Assembly (NCBI GenBank): GCA_038881595.1
Contig: JAVZPM010000001.1
Coordinates: forward strand, 224,001 to 288,000
Direction: 5' to 3'
Origin: Candidatus Micrarchaeia archaeon
Lineage (GTDB): Archaea > Micrarchaeota > Micrarchaeia > CABMEP01
Length of the DNA: 64,000 nucleotides
A model generated the notes under the pieces. That model searched no databases and was not told the DNA's origin. It saw only the letters and a list, made by a program, of their open reading frames with translations. Shown piece after piece: positions 1 through 8,904 of the stretch (position 1 is its first letter; every line of letters starts with the position of its first letter). A program made the position numbers and the translations under genes.

Positions 1-2255
1 AATCAATCAAAAACAATTATTCTGCTGTTTTGGAAGATCTTAATAAAAATGCAGCTTCATTACTTTCAATATATTTGTCAAACAAATATAGTGCAAGGAC
101 ATTATTTGATACAACACCACAAGTTGATTCTTATACAAATATAACTACATATTTAGAGATAAAGAATGATTTATCCTTAAGTACTAATTCTCAAGTTGTT
201 GTTCAGGTAAGAGGTATTCCATATGAAGTAAATAGTATTATCGAGTCAGAAATTCCAGGTATATATGCGATAAAGAATAAAGATTATGTTTCTATTTATT
301 TCCCAAGTATAAATAAAACTACTAGTTATCTTTTGAAAATAAAATCATATGTCAAGCCCTCCATTTTAACTTCAAAGAAAACTGAAAGGTTAGTTCTTAC
401 AAATGAAAGATTGACAGAAAAAATTACATACGAAATTGATTCTATTTACGACATTGATTCATTGATTTTAACAGACAATTATTGGGCTGACGAATGTTCC
501 GTTTTTATGAATAATAGAATGCAAACTGTAAGATCTTATTCTAATCTGTCTATTTCACTTTCAAATGTAAAAACAGGTAAACAAGTAATTTATGCAACCT
601 GTACTAAGAACAATCCAATTACATATTCTACATCTGGGTTTACAAGTTCTGATAACAAAATTTCATATACTTTACAAATAAAGAGTAATTACGAGGATTT
701 AAGTGATGTTGATTATGTATTAGAAATAATGGGTTCTGCAGATGAAATTCAGTCCGATAGTATACGTGTTTATGATTCTAAAGGCCAAATAACAAAGAAC
801 TTTCAATTTTATAGATCTGGTGATAAATATTATGCAAAGTGGTTTATCCCGATACTTTCATCAGAGTATCAGAATTATACTGTTTCATATCTAACAACAG
901 ATATTGTTTCTTACTATTCAAAACTAAAAAGTGAGATAGAGAATATTTCAACGTCTGAGTCTATAGATATTTCTTCTTATATTAGAGACGCAGTTTATCG
1001 TGCAAGTAGAGGAAAATATGATGAAGCAATAAATTCTCTCGACAAGGCAAAGAAAGAAATATCTCAAGTTAGAGTTCAACGTTCAGAGAACGCATCACTT
1101 ACAGAGAGACTTGATAAGTTAAGCAATCATATTTTGCAACTTAAAAACAAATCAAATGAGATTTATGCAATAGCAACAAATCTTTCTTTATCTGATATAA
1201 ATGTAGAAGTTGCAAAACAAATATCAGAATTTGAGGTTGATTCACAATTAGCAAGAAATTATCTATTGAAAGGGGACGTTGCTAATGCAAAATCATTAAT
1301 CTCTAAGCTTGAAAAATTGGTTTCGTCTACAAAGGTCGATAATTCAATCTATACAAAGGAAAAGAAAATTTTAGATTCTCTAACTCAAACAGAAAGGAAG
1401 GTTGTAAATATAGGTAAATTTATAGACATTTCTTCACAAGTAGAGAAGCTTAACAAAATAAAATCTTCTATTTCATTGATAGAACCTGCAGTAGCAGTCC
1501 AAGATTATTATACTGCATTAATAAATCTTAATAATGCCTTTAATTTAATTAATGAAATAAATTCAAATATTGAAAACAGTTCTATTCAAATAAATGCACA
1601 ACTTGAAGCTAAATTAAAAATTTCAAAAGAAGTTCTGGATAAATGGAAAAAGAACAAGAAAATTATTCTTATTGCGTTTTCTATAGATAAAAATTCACCT
1701 ATAAAATCCATTCCAGAACCAATAAATGAGATATTAAATAAAATAAACATTACCGATTCGATGGTAAACGAGCTTAATATATTATATTCGAAACTTAATG
1801 GATATAAATTAGATGAGAGAATAAGTAATATTGCTGAATTCGATGAATTAGATTCAAAGACAGATAAAATACAAAAAGATATTGAATATTATGGCAAACT
1901 AGTAGATCAATATAAGAGTGCATCGAATGAAATAATAAAAGATGCAGGTTTACTCCTTGAAGAAAAGCTAAATAAAGGTTCTGCAAATGAAAAGAAGAAA
2001 GCTATAGATCTACAGCCAGTTCTTTCTTCTGCAAAGGAATTATATTCTACAGGAATGTATCTAAATTCAATGATGTTAACTCAATATGTAAGAGACGAGC
2101 TAATTTCAATTCCATCAAGTGAAGCAACTATAGATTTAACATTATTGATATATTTTGGTATAGTAATTATTACAATAGCGATTATATTAAAGATAATATC
2201 AAAAAAAGAACCACCAAAGATAGAACGAAAGATAGAAAAAATTAAACTAGATTAA
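1..2255 (+). CDS. Large membrane-anchored surface protein, 5'-partial (beta-rich region, long helical region, C-terminal TM anchor)
   Basis: Frame is open from the window edge (no stop upstream of TTG at 30); C-terminal hydrophobic segment LLIYFGIVIITIAIIL followed by a basic tail; many N-x-S/T sequons. Confidence 0.75.
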   Translation, partial: SIKNNYSAVLEDLNKNAASLLSIYLSNKYSARTLFDTTPQVDSYTNITTYLEIKNDLSLSTNSQVVVQVRGIPYEVNSIIESEIPGIYAIKNKDYVSIYFPSINKTTSYLLKIKSYVKPSILTSKKTERLVLTNERLTEKITYEIDSIYDIDSLILTDNYWADECSVFMNNRMQTVRSYSNLSISLSNVKTGKQVIYATCTKNNPITYSTSGFTSSDNKISYTLQIKSNYEDLSDVDYVLEIMGSADEIQSDSIRVYDSKGQITKNFQFYRSGDKYYAKWFIPILSSEYQNYTVSYLTTDIVSYYSKLKSEIENISTSESIDISSYIRDAVYRASRGKYDEAINSLDKAKKEISQVRVQRSENASLTERLDKLSNHILQLKNKSNEIYAIATNLSLSDINVEVAKQISEFEVDSQLARNYLLKGDVANAKSLISKLEKLVSSTKVDNSIYTKEKKILDSLTQTERKVVNIGKFIDISSQVEKLNKIKSSISLIEPAVAVQDYYTALINLNNAFNLINEINSNIENSSIQINAQLEAKLKISKEVLDKWKKNKKIILIAFSIDKNSPIKSIPEPINEILNKINITDSMVNELNILYSKLNGYKLDERISNIAEFDELDSKTDKIQKDIEYYGKLVDQYKSASNEIIKDAGLLLEEKLNKGSANEKKKAIDLQPVLSSAKELYSTGMYLNSMMLTQYVRDELISIPSSEATIDLTLLIYFGIVIITIAIILKIISKKEPPKIERKIEKIKLD

Positions 2256-2292
2256 ATTTACATACAAAAATAAAAAAATAAGATTAAAAAAG

Positions 2293-2460
2293 TTAGTAGT
2301 CTTCGTCTTCGTATTCTTCCTCTTCATCTACCCAATCATCCTCGAATTCTTCCTCTTCATCTAGTTCTTCTTCTTCATCTTCATCCTCGAATTCTTCCTC
2401 TTCATCTAGTTCTTCTTCTTCATCTTCTTCCTCTAGTTTCTTAGGATTTCCTTTTGGCAT
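2293..2460 (-). CDS. 55-aa polyacidic microprotein (MPKGNPKKLEEEDEEEELDEEEEFEDEDEEEELDEEEEFEDDWVDEEEEYEDEDY), not in ORF track
   Basis: Manual translation; ATG at 2460 preceded by GGTGAGAGT RBS; TAA at 2293-2295; 38 of 55 residues D/E. Confidence 0.8.
   Translation of the reverse strand: MPKGNPKKLEEEDEEEELDEEEEFEDEDEEEELDEEEEFEDDWVDEEEEYEDEDY
2336..2425. repeat. Perfect 45-bp tandem duplication inside the acidic microprotein gene
   Basis: tcatcctcgaattcttcctcttcatctagttcttcttcttcatct occurs at 2336-2380 and 2381-2425 (15 codons, frame-preserving). Confidence 0.9.
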
Positions 2461-2568
2461 ACTCTCACCTTGTAAGGTAAAATATCTGTGGTATATACAT
2501 AATTAAGTATTAAAAATCTTTTTAATTTCACCAATCATTTATATGCTTTAATTAATCGATTTTATATA

Positions 2569-3078
2569 TTACATTTTGATAGAATTTAATTTTATGTAGT
2601 CAACCTTTTTATTTTCTCTTACAATTGCAATAATAAGATTCTTTTTAGCAATTTGAGCAATTCTTAGTAATCTATATATCTCTAATATAGTAATCTTTTC
2701 TCTATCGGAAATCACTTCTATCAAGAAACTACTCTTCCCTTCTCCAGGTCTTATACCTTTCTCATAGGCCCTTAAATGTGTTCCAAATATATATCCAGAT
2801 TTTAGTATATATCCTTTTTCTCTAAGGTCTGAATAGACAGTATATTTAATATCAATATCCTTTTCTTTTTTTCTAAATTCTTTCATTAATTCTTTAAATT
2901 CAATTTTTTTATTTTTAGATTCAACCATTATTCTCTTATTTTCTAACAAATACAGTGCTTCATATGGGGAAAGAATAAGTCTTTGTTCTTTGTCAAGAGT
3001 TCCATATCCTCTTTCCGTTAATAATTTAATCATTTTAGGATCTTCTTCAACAACAAAATTTTCTAGCAGATAAGCCAT
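2569..3078 (-). CDS. endA: tRNA-splicing endonuclease subunit (EndA family), catalytic His apparently replaced
   Basis: LSPYEALYL, VYSDLREKGYILKSG..FG...RAY and IAKKNLIIAIV match the archaeal EndA layout; start taken at MAYLLE. Confidence 0.85.
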   Translation of the reverse strand: MAYLLENFVVEEDPKMIKLLTERGYGTLDKEQRLILSPYEALYLLENKRIMVESKNKKIEFKELMKEFRKKEKDIDIKYTVYSDLREKGYILKSGYIFGTHLRAYEKGIRPGEGKSSFLIEVISDREKITILEIYRLLRIAQIAKKNLIIAIVRENKKVDYIKLNSIKM

Positions 3079-3173
3079 AAAATCACACACCTTATTTAAA
3101 AGTCTGTGAACATTATAATCATCGTATATTAAGCTTTATAAATTTCTCTGATAAAATATATTCGGTGATACTA

Positions 3174-3560
3174 ATGGCAGAAGAAATGAAAGAGGAGATT
3201 AAAGAAGCAGTTGAAGGAGAGGCAGAAATTGCTCCAGAAGAAGATGAGAGACTTCCTTTCCCAACCGCGAGAGTTGTAAGAATATTAAAAGAAAACATGA
3301 CAAAACCACATCAGATAAGAGCAGAAGTAAAAATAGCAGCCAATGAATTTCTCGGTGAAATCCTAAAAGATATTGCAAAAGAAATGGATAAGGAAGAGGT
3401 TTTCACGCTTTCAACCGAGCACTTTAACAAGGCAATAAAGAAGTATAAAATGATAGAATACCAACAAAAGAGGATTGAAAGAATAAAGAAACTTCTTGAG
3501 AAACAGAAGGCAGAAGTAGAAGAAGTAATAATAGAGATTGATCTTTCAAGAGATCTCTAA
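3174..3560 (+). CDS. Histone-fold protein with acidic N-tail and C-terminal coiled-coil helix
   Basis: LPFPTARVVRILKEN...IRAEVKIAANEFLGEILKDIAKE resembles histone-fold helices 1-2; GGTGA RBS 5 nt before ATG 3174. Confidence 0.7.
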   Translation: MAEEMKEEIKEAVEGEAEIAPEEDERLPFPTARVVRILKENMTKPHQIRAEVKIAANEFLGEILKDIAKEMDKEEVFTLSTEHFNKAIKKYKMIEYQQKRIERIKKLLEKQKAEVEEVIIEIDLSRDL

Positions 3561-3599
3561 ATTATAATTCTTTTTCATTTTCTTTTATTTAGTGGTTAA

Positions 3600-5000
3600 A
3601 TGGCAGAAGAGAGAAAAAAAGACTACAGCTTTGAATTACTAGGCGCGTTAGTTCTTTTTCTTCTCTTAGCCCTACTCTGCTATTTTCATGTTATATGTCC
3701 TCTTCCTTCTTGTCCAGAAGGATTAGTTCAGTGCAATAACTGTCCTGGAAATTGCTGTTTGCCAGATGGTAGTTGTCCGTGTCCAGCCGGTTCAGTCCCA
3801 TGCAGTACATATTGTCCTCAAACAATAAACTGCCCAAGCGGATGCTGCAACATAGATACATGTGCATGTACTGCAACTCCACAATGTCCACCGAATACAG
3901 TTTGGAGTGAATCAAGAGGATGCTGTCTGTTTATTTCCGGTCCAAATGCAGGTAAGTGTGCAGAGATATGCAATGTTGATCCAAAAAGAGTGAAATGTCC
4001 TTTAAGAGGACTAGACGCTTGTGATTCAAACAACTGCTGTCCATTAGGCTCATTAGGATGGGATGATTCTCAAAAATGTTGTGTAGATGCGTTAGGGACA
4101 TGCATTCTAAGTTGCCTGATTGACAATACAAGAACCGGTTGTCCAACTCCAGGTATAGGGGGATGTGATGCAACAAGCTGTTGTCCAAAGGATACATATT
4201 GGGACAGCCAGAAAGAATGTTGCATTTATGAAAATGGATTCTGCTATGGAGATCCCTGTGCAAATGTTCAATGTCCACCAGAGCAAGTTTGTATAAATGG
4301 AAGTTGCAAACTTCAAGTCAATCTATGTGAAGGGGTTTTTTGCAATGAAGGCCAAATTTGCGATCCTTCAACTGGTTTATGTTCAGATCCATGTAAAAAT
4401 GTATTCTGTCCAGCTGGCCAAATATGTATTAATGGAAAGTGTGAAATCGATCAATGTTACAATGTTCAATGTCCAGAAGGCCATGTTTGCATAAATGGAA
4501 ATTGTATATACCAATGTGAAGGAAAGATATGTCCAGCAGGCCAAGAGTGTGATCCAGCGACTGGAATCTGCCGAGATAAAAAGTGCAGTTCAGCAACCCA
4601 ATGCAAAATCTGTGATTTGGGACTTGGTGTTTGTGGAGGGATTCCAGGTTCGAGGCAATGCTCATCAGATGATAATTGCAAGAATGTTGAATGCCTGGCT
4701 TCAGGTACGTGTGGTGTAAGCGGAGGGACTGGTGGAAATGGGGGGGAAGGTTCTAATTTAGTTAGTTGCAATTATAAAGGGCCATATAGTGCCTGTCCTT
4801 CAGACATAATATGTTCGATTGGATGTGCAGAAGGGATAAAATGTGCAGATCCACGTCTTCCTGAGGGTGAGTGCAAAGGAGTGGGAGAAACATGCAGTAG
4901 CTCAACAGAATGCTGCTGTGGAAACAGTTGTCAGATTGTAAACGGGCAAGGATTCTGCTGTCCAGGTGGATTATGGCAATGCGGCTATCAATTTGACTAA
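3600..5000 (+). CDS. Cysteine-rich repeat surface protein with N-terminal membrane segment
   Basis: Hydrophobic LLGALVLFLLLALLCYF, then CP-x4-W-x5-CC repeats and C-x2-V-x-CP-x2-Q-x-CINGxC repeats. Confidence 0.85.
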   Translation: MAEERKKDYSFELLGALVLFLLLALLCYFHVICPLPSCPEGLVQCNNCPGNCCLPDGSCPCPAGSVPCSTYCPQTINCPSGCCNIDTCACTATPQCPPNTVWSESRGCCLFISGPNAGKCAEICNVDPKRVKCPLRGLDACDSNNCCPLGSLGWDDSQKCCVDALGTCILSCLIDNTRTGCPTPGIGGCDATSCCPKDTYWDSQKECCIYENGFCYGDPCANVQCPPEQVCINGSCKLQVNLCEGVFCNEGQICDPSTGLCSDPCKNVFCPAGQICINGKCEIDQCYNVQCPEGHVCINGNCIYQCEGKICPAGQECDPATGICRDKKCSSATQCKICDLGLGVCGGIPGSRQCSSDDNCKNVECLASGTCGVSGGTGGNGGEGSNLVSCNYKGPYSACPSDIICSIGCAEGIKCADPRLPEGECKGVGETCSSSTECCCGNSCQIVNGQGFCCPGGLWQCGYQFD

Positions 5001-5059
5001 TACAGAGCTGTCTTTGTTAATAAAAAGTAATTAATTTAATATTATAATTTTAATTATTT

Positions 5060-6370
5060 TTAGTTATTTTCTGACATTATTCTTTTAATTATATAATCCT
5101 TGTCAAATGGGATTAAGTCATCGTATTCTTGTCCTATACCTATAAATAATATAGGAACTCCAGTTGCCTTCTTTACAGATATTATGGTTCCGCCTTTTAC
5201 ATCAACATCTAATTTTGTAAGTATAACTCCATCAATTTTTATTGCTTCATTAAACTCTGAAACCTGGATAAGTAATGCATTTCCTGCTATTCCTTCCCCT
5301 ACAAAAACTTTCATATTAGGAGAAACAACTCTTTCTATTTTTTTAAGTTGCTCAATTAAATTTCTATTAGTTTCTTGCCTTCCTGCGCTATCTATTAAAA
5401 CAACATCAAGACCTTTTGCCTCAGCATACTTAACTGCATCAAATGCAACTGCAGCAGGGTCAGACCCATAGTCGTGCTTTATATAAGGGATTTCAAGCCT
5501 CTTTGCATGCTCAATTGTCTGCTCTATAGCTGCGGCCCTGAATGTATCTGAAGCAGAGATAACGCAATTTAGGCCGTTTTTCTTAAAGTAATGTGCTACT
5601 TTTGCTATAGTCGTAGTTTTCCCTGCTCCATTTGGCCCTATAAACAGTATTTTATATGGTTTTCCAGTTGTTTGTTTGTACCTTTTTACCTCATTTATAA
5701 GATCAATTCTTTCTTGTTCTATTACCTTTTCTATTGATTCGTAAATAGAATCTAGTATGTATGATTCGATACTGCTTGATTTAACACTTTTTCCAACGAG
5801 CCTATTTCTTAGATCGCTGATTATTTCCTCTGCAACAGGAAGGGCTACATCAGCTGTCAAAAGCTGCATTTCAAAATCCTCAAGCGCTGTTTTTACATCA
5901 TTCTCTTTTATTGTAACTTCTGGAGCTATCATAGACTTTACTTTTGTGAGAAAAGTAGTCTTAACCTTTATTTCCGCTTCCTTTAAATCTGACTGGAGAG
6001 GTTTTCCTTTTTTCATTTCTTCTTTAATTTCACCTTTCTCTAAAATCGTGCTTTCTTTCTGGAGTTTTTCCATCTTTTTTTCCATTTCTTCTTTTTTAAC
6101 TTGTTTTTCAGCAGGTTTTGTACCTATATCCTCTTTTAACATGTTTTTATTTTCTTTTTCAACATCTTGTTCTGGAACTGGAACAGGTTTTTCATGCTTA
6201 ATTTCACTTGTCTTTTGAAGGGTTTCAAGAGTAGCGACTTCTTCAGTTTTCTTTTTTTCGCTTATTTCTTCTTTTATTTCTTCTGCTTTTTTCTCTTCTT
6301 TTTCACCAGAAATAGATTTTGTAATAGTATCAACTAAACCAGTGATTTTCTTTTTTAAAATTCCAAACAT
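5060..6370 (-). CDS. ftsY: Signal recognition particle receptor FtsY
   Basis: GPNGAGKTTTIAK, DTFRAAA, DSAGR, TKLD and KGG motifs; charged N-terminal region; start at MFGILK. Confidence 0.97.
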   Translation of the reverse strand: MFGILKKKITGLVDTITKSISGEKEEKKAEEIKEEISEKKKTEEVATLETLQKTSEIKHEKPVPVPEQDVEKENKNMLKEDIGTKPAEKQVKKEEMEKKMEKLQKESTILEKGEIKEEMKKGKPLQSDLKEAEIKVKTTFLTKVKSMIAPEVTIKENDVKTALEDFEMQLLTADVALPVAEEIISDLRNRLVGKSVKSSSIESYILDSIYESIEKVIEQERIDLINEVKRYKQTTGKPYKILFIGPNGAGKTTTIAKVAHYFKKNGLNCVISASDTFRAAAIEQTIEHAKRLEIPYIKHDYGSDPAAVAFDAVKYAEAKGLDVVLIDSAGRQETNRNLIEQLKKIERVVSPNMKVFVGEGIAGNALLIQVSEFNEAIKIDGVILTKLDVDVKGGTIISVKKATGVPILFIGIGQEYDDLIPFDKDYIIKRIMSENN

Positions 6371-6421
6371 AAAATCACTGACTTTAATAAGCAAATATTG
6401 ATAATTAATTTATAAATAAAG

Positions 6422-6841
6422 TTATTCACTTTCTTTTTTTTCTGCCATTATTCTTCTCGCTTCTATGTCTATCTCTTTAAGTCTATTTGATATTGCTTCC
6501 ATACTCTTTATCAGATCATTCTTTGCTTCATCTAATTCTTTTTTCTTTCCTTCTAGGAATTTGATAGCATCTTCAACACTTGTTTCTGTAAATACGTTTG
6601 CACCTACATTCATAAGTAGTTTATTTGTTTCTTTAAGTTCTCCTTTAATAAATATACCTGAACCTATGTTAAACAATGTAAGATTATTCTCTTTAAGTGC
6701 TCTGAGCGCTTCTATTGTTTTATTTATTTCTGCTTCTACTTGTGCTATTGCCCTCATTTGATTTTCTATTTCACGGGCATAATGTTGATGATATGAAGCT
6801 TCAGCAGCGAGCTGTTCAAATTGTTCTTCTAAACTTACCAT
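6422..6841 (-). CDS. pfdA: Prefoldin subunit alpha
   Basis: Coiled coil - IGSGIFIKG..LMNVGANVF hairpins - coiled coil; conserved position upstream of ftsY. Confidence 0.93.
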   Translation of the reverse strand: MVSLEEQFEQLAAEASYHQHYAREIENQMRAIAQVEAEINKTIEALRALKENNLTLFNIGSGIFIKGELKETNKLLMNVGANVFTETSVEDAIKFLEGKKKELDEAKNDLIKSMEAISNRLKEIDIEARRIMAEKKESE

Positions 6842-6853
6842 AAAATCACTAGT

Positions 6854-7027
6854 TCACATATTTTCTACTTTTTCTATTATAATATCTTTTCTTCTTAAGC
6901 CATGATCATTTCCCATAATTGAATACAATTTATGAATTGCAAATTTCTCGCTTTCAGCTTCTATTATCTTGCTAAATTTTTGTTCTTTATTTTTCATTTT
7001 TATCTTTCCGATTATCCTGAATTTCAT
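6854..7027 (-). CDS. rpl18a: 50S ribosomal protein LX (eL20/L18Ae)
   Basis: FSKIIEAESEKFAIHKLYSIMGNDHGLRRKDIII; conserved synteny; GGTGA RBS before ATG 7027. Confidence 0.9.
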   Translation of the reverse strand: MKFRIIGKIKMKNKEQKFSKIIEAESEKFAIHKLYSIMGNDHGLRRKDIIIEKVENM

Positions 7028-7061
7028 GTCATTCACCTTTTTGTTATATTCGATAAATATA

Positions 7062-7406
7062 TTAATGAACTTTCAATCCATTTTCAGTTTTTTCACTTGT
7101 AGTGATAAGTATTATCTTTCCTTCTGAATTTTCAACAGCTAAAAGCATTCCATTAGATTCAACACCTCTAATCTTTCTAGGTTCTAGATTCGCCATAATA
7201 ATTATTTGTTTTCCTATTATTTCTTCTGGTTTATACATATTTGCTATTCCTGCAACGAGCTGTCTTTGTTCGTATCCTAAGTCTATTTTCAATTTCAATA
7301 ATTTGTCTGAGCCTTCTATCTTTTCAGCTTCTAATACAGTTGCAGTTCTTAGATCGATTTTTAAAAAAGTATTGTAATCAATTTTTTCTGAAATATTTTG
7401 TTCCAA
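7062..7406 (-). CDS. Stand-alone OB-fold tRNA-binding protein (MetRS C-terminal domain/Trbp111/CsaA family)
   Basis: FLKIDLR, SDKLLKLKIDLG, RQLVAGI, NLEPRKIRGVESNGMLLA motifs; TTG start after GGTGA. Confidence 0.92.
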   Translation of the reverse strand: MEQNISEKIDYNTFLKIDLRTATVLEAEKIEGSDKLLKLKIDLGYEQRQLVAGIANMYKPEEIIGKQIIIMANLEPRKIRGVESNGMLLAVENSEGKIILITTSEKTENGLKVH

Positions 7407-7422
7407 ATTATCACCATTAAGC

Positions 7423-8112
7423 TTACATGAATCCTAATGATTCAATGATTCTTTGTTGCTCAAATGCAGTAGTAGCTTCTCCAAAGATTACAGAATGATT
7501 ATTTCCAACAAGGCATAGAGATACAAATGGAACTCCACCATTTGCAGTGCTTACTCCACCTTTTATTTCTAGGAAATTTTCTATCATATCTAATTCATTA
7601 TTATTAAGGTTAGGATGGGCTACAAACCCATTATCATTTGCAAAGACTACACTTCCAATAACATTAAACTTTTCTAATTGCAATGATTCAACTTCCACAT
7701 CTAGTACATCTCTTATTGTTTTTACTAGATTTTTATCTTTCATTTTTGGATTGATTATGCATTTTTTATTATTTACAACTAAATTGTTAGATATTGCGGT
7801 GAATTCAGTATCTAGTATTTCAACATTTATATCAATTCCGGTTTCTTTAATTTTTCTTTTTACTAAATTTAATTCTTCTTCAAGAATAACTTTCGAAAAT
7901 AATATTCCTTTATCATTCATTACGGAATAAAGTCCAGTTAAAGGACTTCCAAATATATTCACACTAATATCTACAGTTCCGAGTATTTCGCATACTCTTG
8001 AGAATTTTTCTGGTTTATTTATTGGCATTAAGGTAATTTTTGAATTACTCTTCATAAATAGGCCAATATATGGGTTTCCATAGAAGCCTATTTTTTGCAG
8101 TTTACTTACCAT
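7423..8112 (-). CDS. eif6: Translation initiation/anti-association factor 6 (aIF6)
   Basis: GNPYIGLF, GSPLTG, GFVAHP, STANGGVPFV, TTAFE motifs; synteny. Confidence 0.95.
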   Translation of the reverse strand: MVSKLQKIGFYGNPYIGLFMKSNSKITLMPINKPEKFSRVCEILGTVDISVNIFGSPLTGLYSVMNDKGILFSKVILEEELNLVKRKIKETGIDINVEILDTEFTAISNNLVVNNKKCIINPKMKDKNLVKTIRDVLDVEVESLQLEKFNVIGSVVFANDNGFVAHPNLNNNELDMIENFLEIKGGVSTANGGVPFVSLCLVGNNHSVIFGEATTAFEQQRIIESLGFM

Positions 8113-8124
8113 TTTTCTCACAAC

Positions 8125-8442
8125 TTATTCTTTCTTTTTTTCTTCTTCCTTTGGTTCTTTTTTATCTTTCTTTTCTTCCTTTACTTCATTTTGTGGGAGT
8201 GTTACTAAAACTATTCCTGTTTTTTCATCCTTTGTTATTTTTACTTTAATTCTTTTTAGTGGAAATCTACTTCCATTTTTATATATCTCTTTTGTGACTG
8301 CATTATCGATTTTAACATCAAAGTAATTTGCCTTAGCATGTCTTGCTGTTAATTCTCTAAGTAGCTTAATTACAACCTGTCTTCTTTTTGTTCTTGGCTT
8401 TTCATAAGCCTTCTTCAAATTTAAAATCATTAATTTTTCCAT
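8125..8442 (-). CDS. rpl31e: 50S ribosomal protein L31e
   Basis: PRTKR..VIKLLRE..ARH, VKID..V...I...G...P..IKVKI; synteny. Confidence 0.9.
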   Translation of the reverse strand: MEKLMILNLKKAYEKPRTKRRQVVIKLLRELTARHAKANYFDVKIDNAVTKEIYKNGSRFPLKRIKVKITKDEKTGIVLVTLPQNEVKEEKKDKKEPKEEEKKKE

Positions 8443-8450
8443 ACGATCAC

Positions 8451-8618
8451 CTACTCTTTCTCTCTCGCTCTAAGTTTTTGACTTCTCCAATGTCTTCTTG
8501 ATGGAGTTGTATTTACTCTTCTTCCAGTTTTCAACCTAACAAAGATTGGAACAGGTCTTGCTGATTTAGCTGCACTGACCAATCTCTTTTTCTTTTGAGC
8601 AGATTTTTTGCTTCCCAT
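8451..8618 (-). CDS. rpl39e: 50S ribosomal protein L39e (55 aa, not in ORF track)
   Basis: Manual translation MGSKKSAQKKKRLVSAAKSARPVPIFVRLKTGRRVNTTPSRRHWRSQKLRAREKE; RRHWR signature; synteny. Confidence 0.95.
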   Translation of the reverse strand: MGSKKSAQKKKRLVSAAKSARPVPIFVRLKTGRRVNTTPSRRHWRSQKLRAREKE

Positions 8619-8619
8619 A

Positions 8620-8892
8620 TTATTTCCTCCTTATATGAATTTTAGTTTCTGGCTGTTTTGAAACAGCCAAATTCATGTTTAGTATCGTTAATAATTCCTT
8701 TTCAGTTATTCTTCTTCTTACTTTTTGGTAATAATGAATTAACGCATTAGCAACTTTTAGATAAAGTTCTGGATTAGAAAGTCTTACATTCATGAGGCGA
8801 GTATAAGCATTATCTTCCAAAATAACACTTAATGTCTTTTTTAGCTGGAGTTCAGCTTGCTGAGCAGCCAGAATTTTATCCTCTTCCTCCAA
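8620..8892 (-). CDS. PDCD5-like DNA-binding protein
   Basis: ILEDNAYTRLMNVRLSNPE...ITEKELLTIL...KIHIRRK; conserved position between S19e and L39e. Confidence 0.9.
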   Translation of the reverse strand: MEEEDKILAAQQAELQLKKTLSVILEDNAYTRLMNVRLSNPELYLKVANALIHYYQKVRRRITEKELLTILNMNLAVSKQPETKIHIRRK

Positions 8893-8904
8893 GATCTCAC
8901 CTTC

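Noticed and set aside
2336..2425. 45-bp repeat as a CRISPR or non-coding VNTR
   Set aside because: Two adjacent copies without a spacer, in frame inside an ORF with an RBS.
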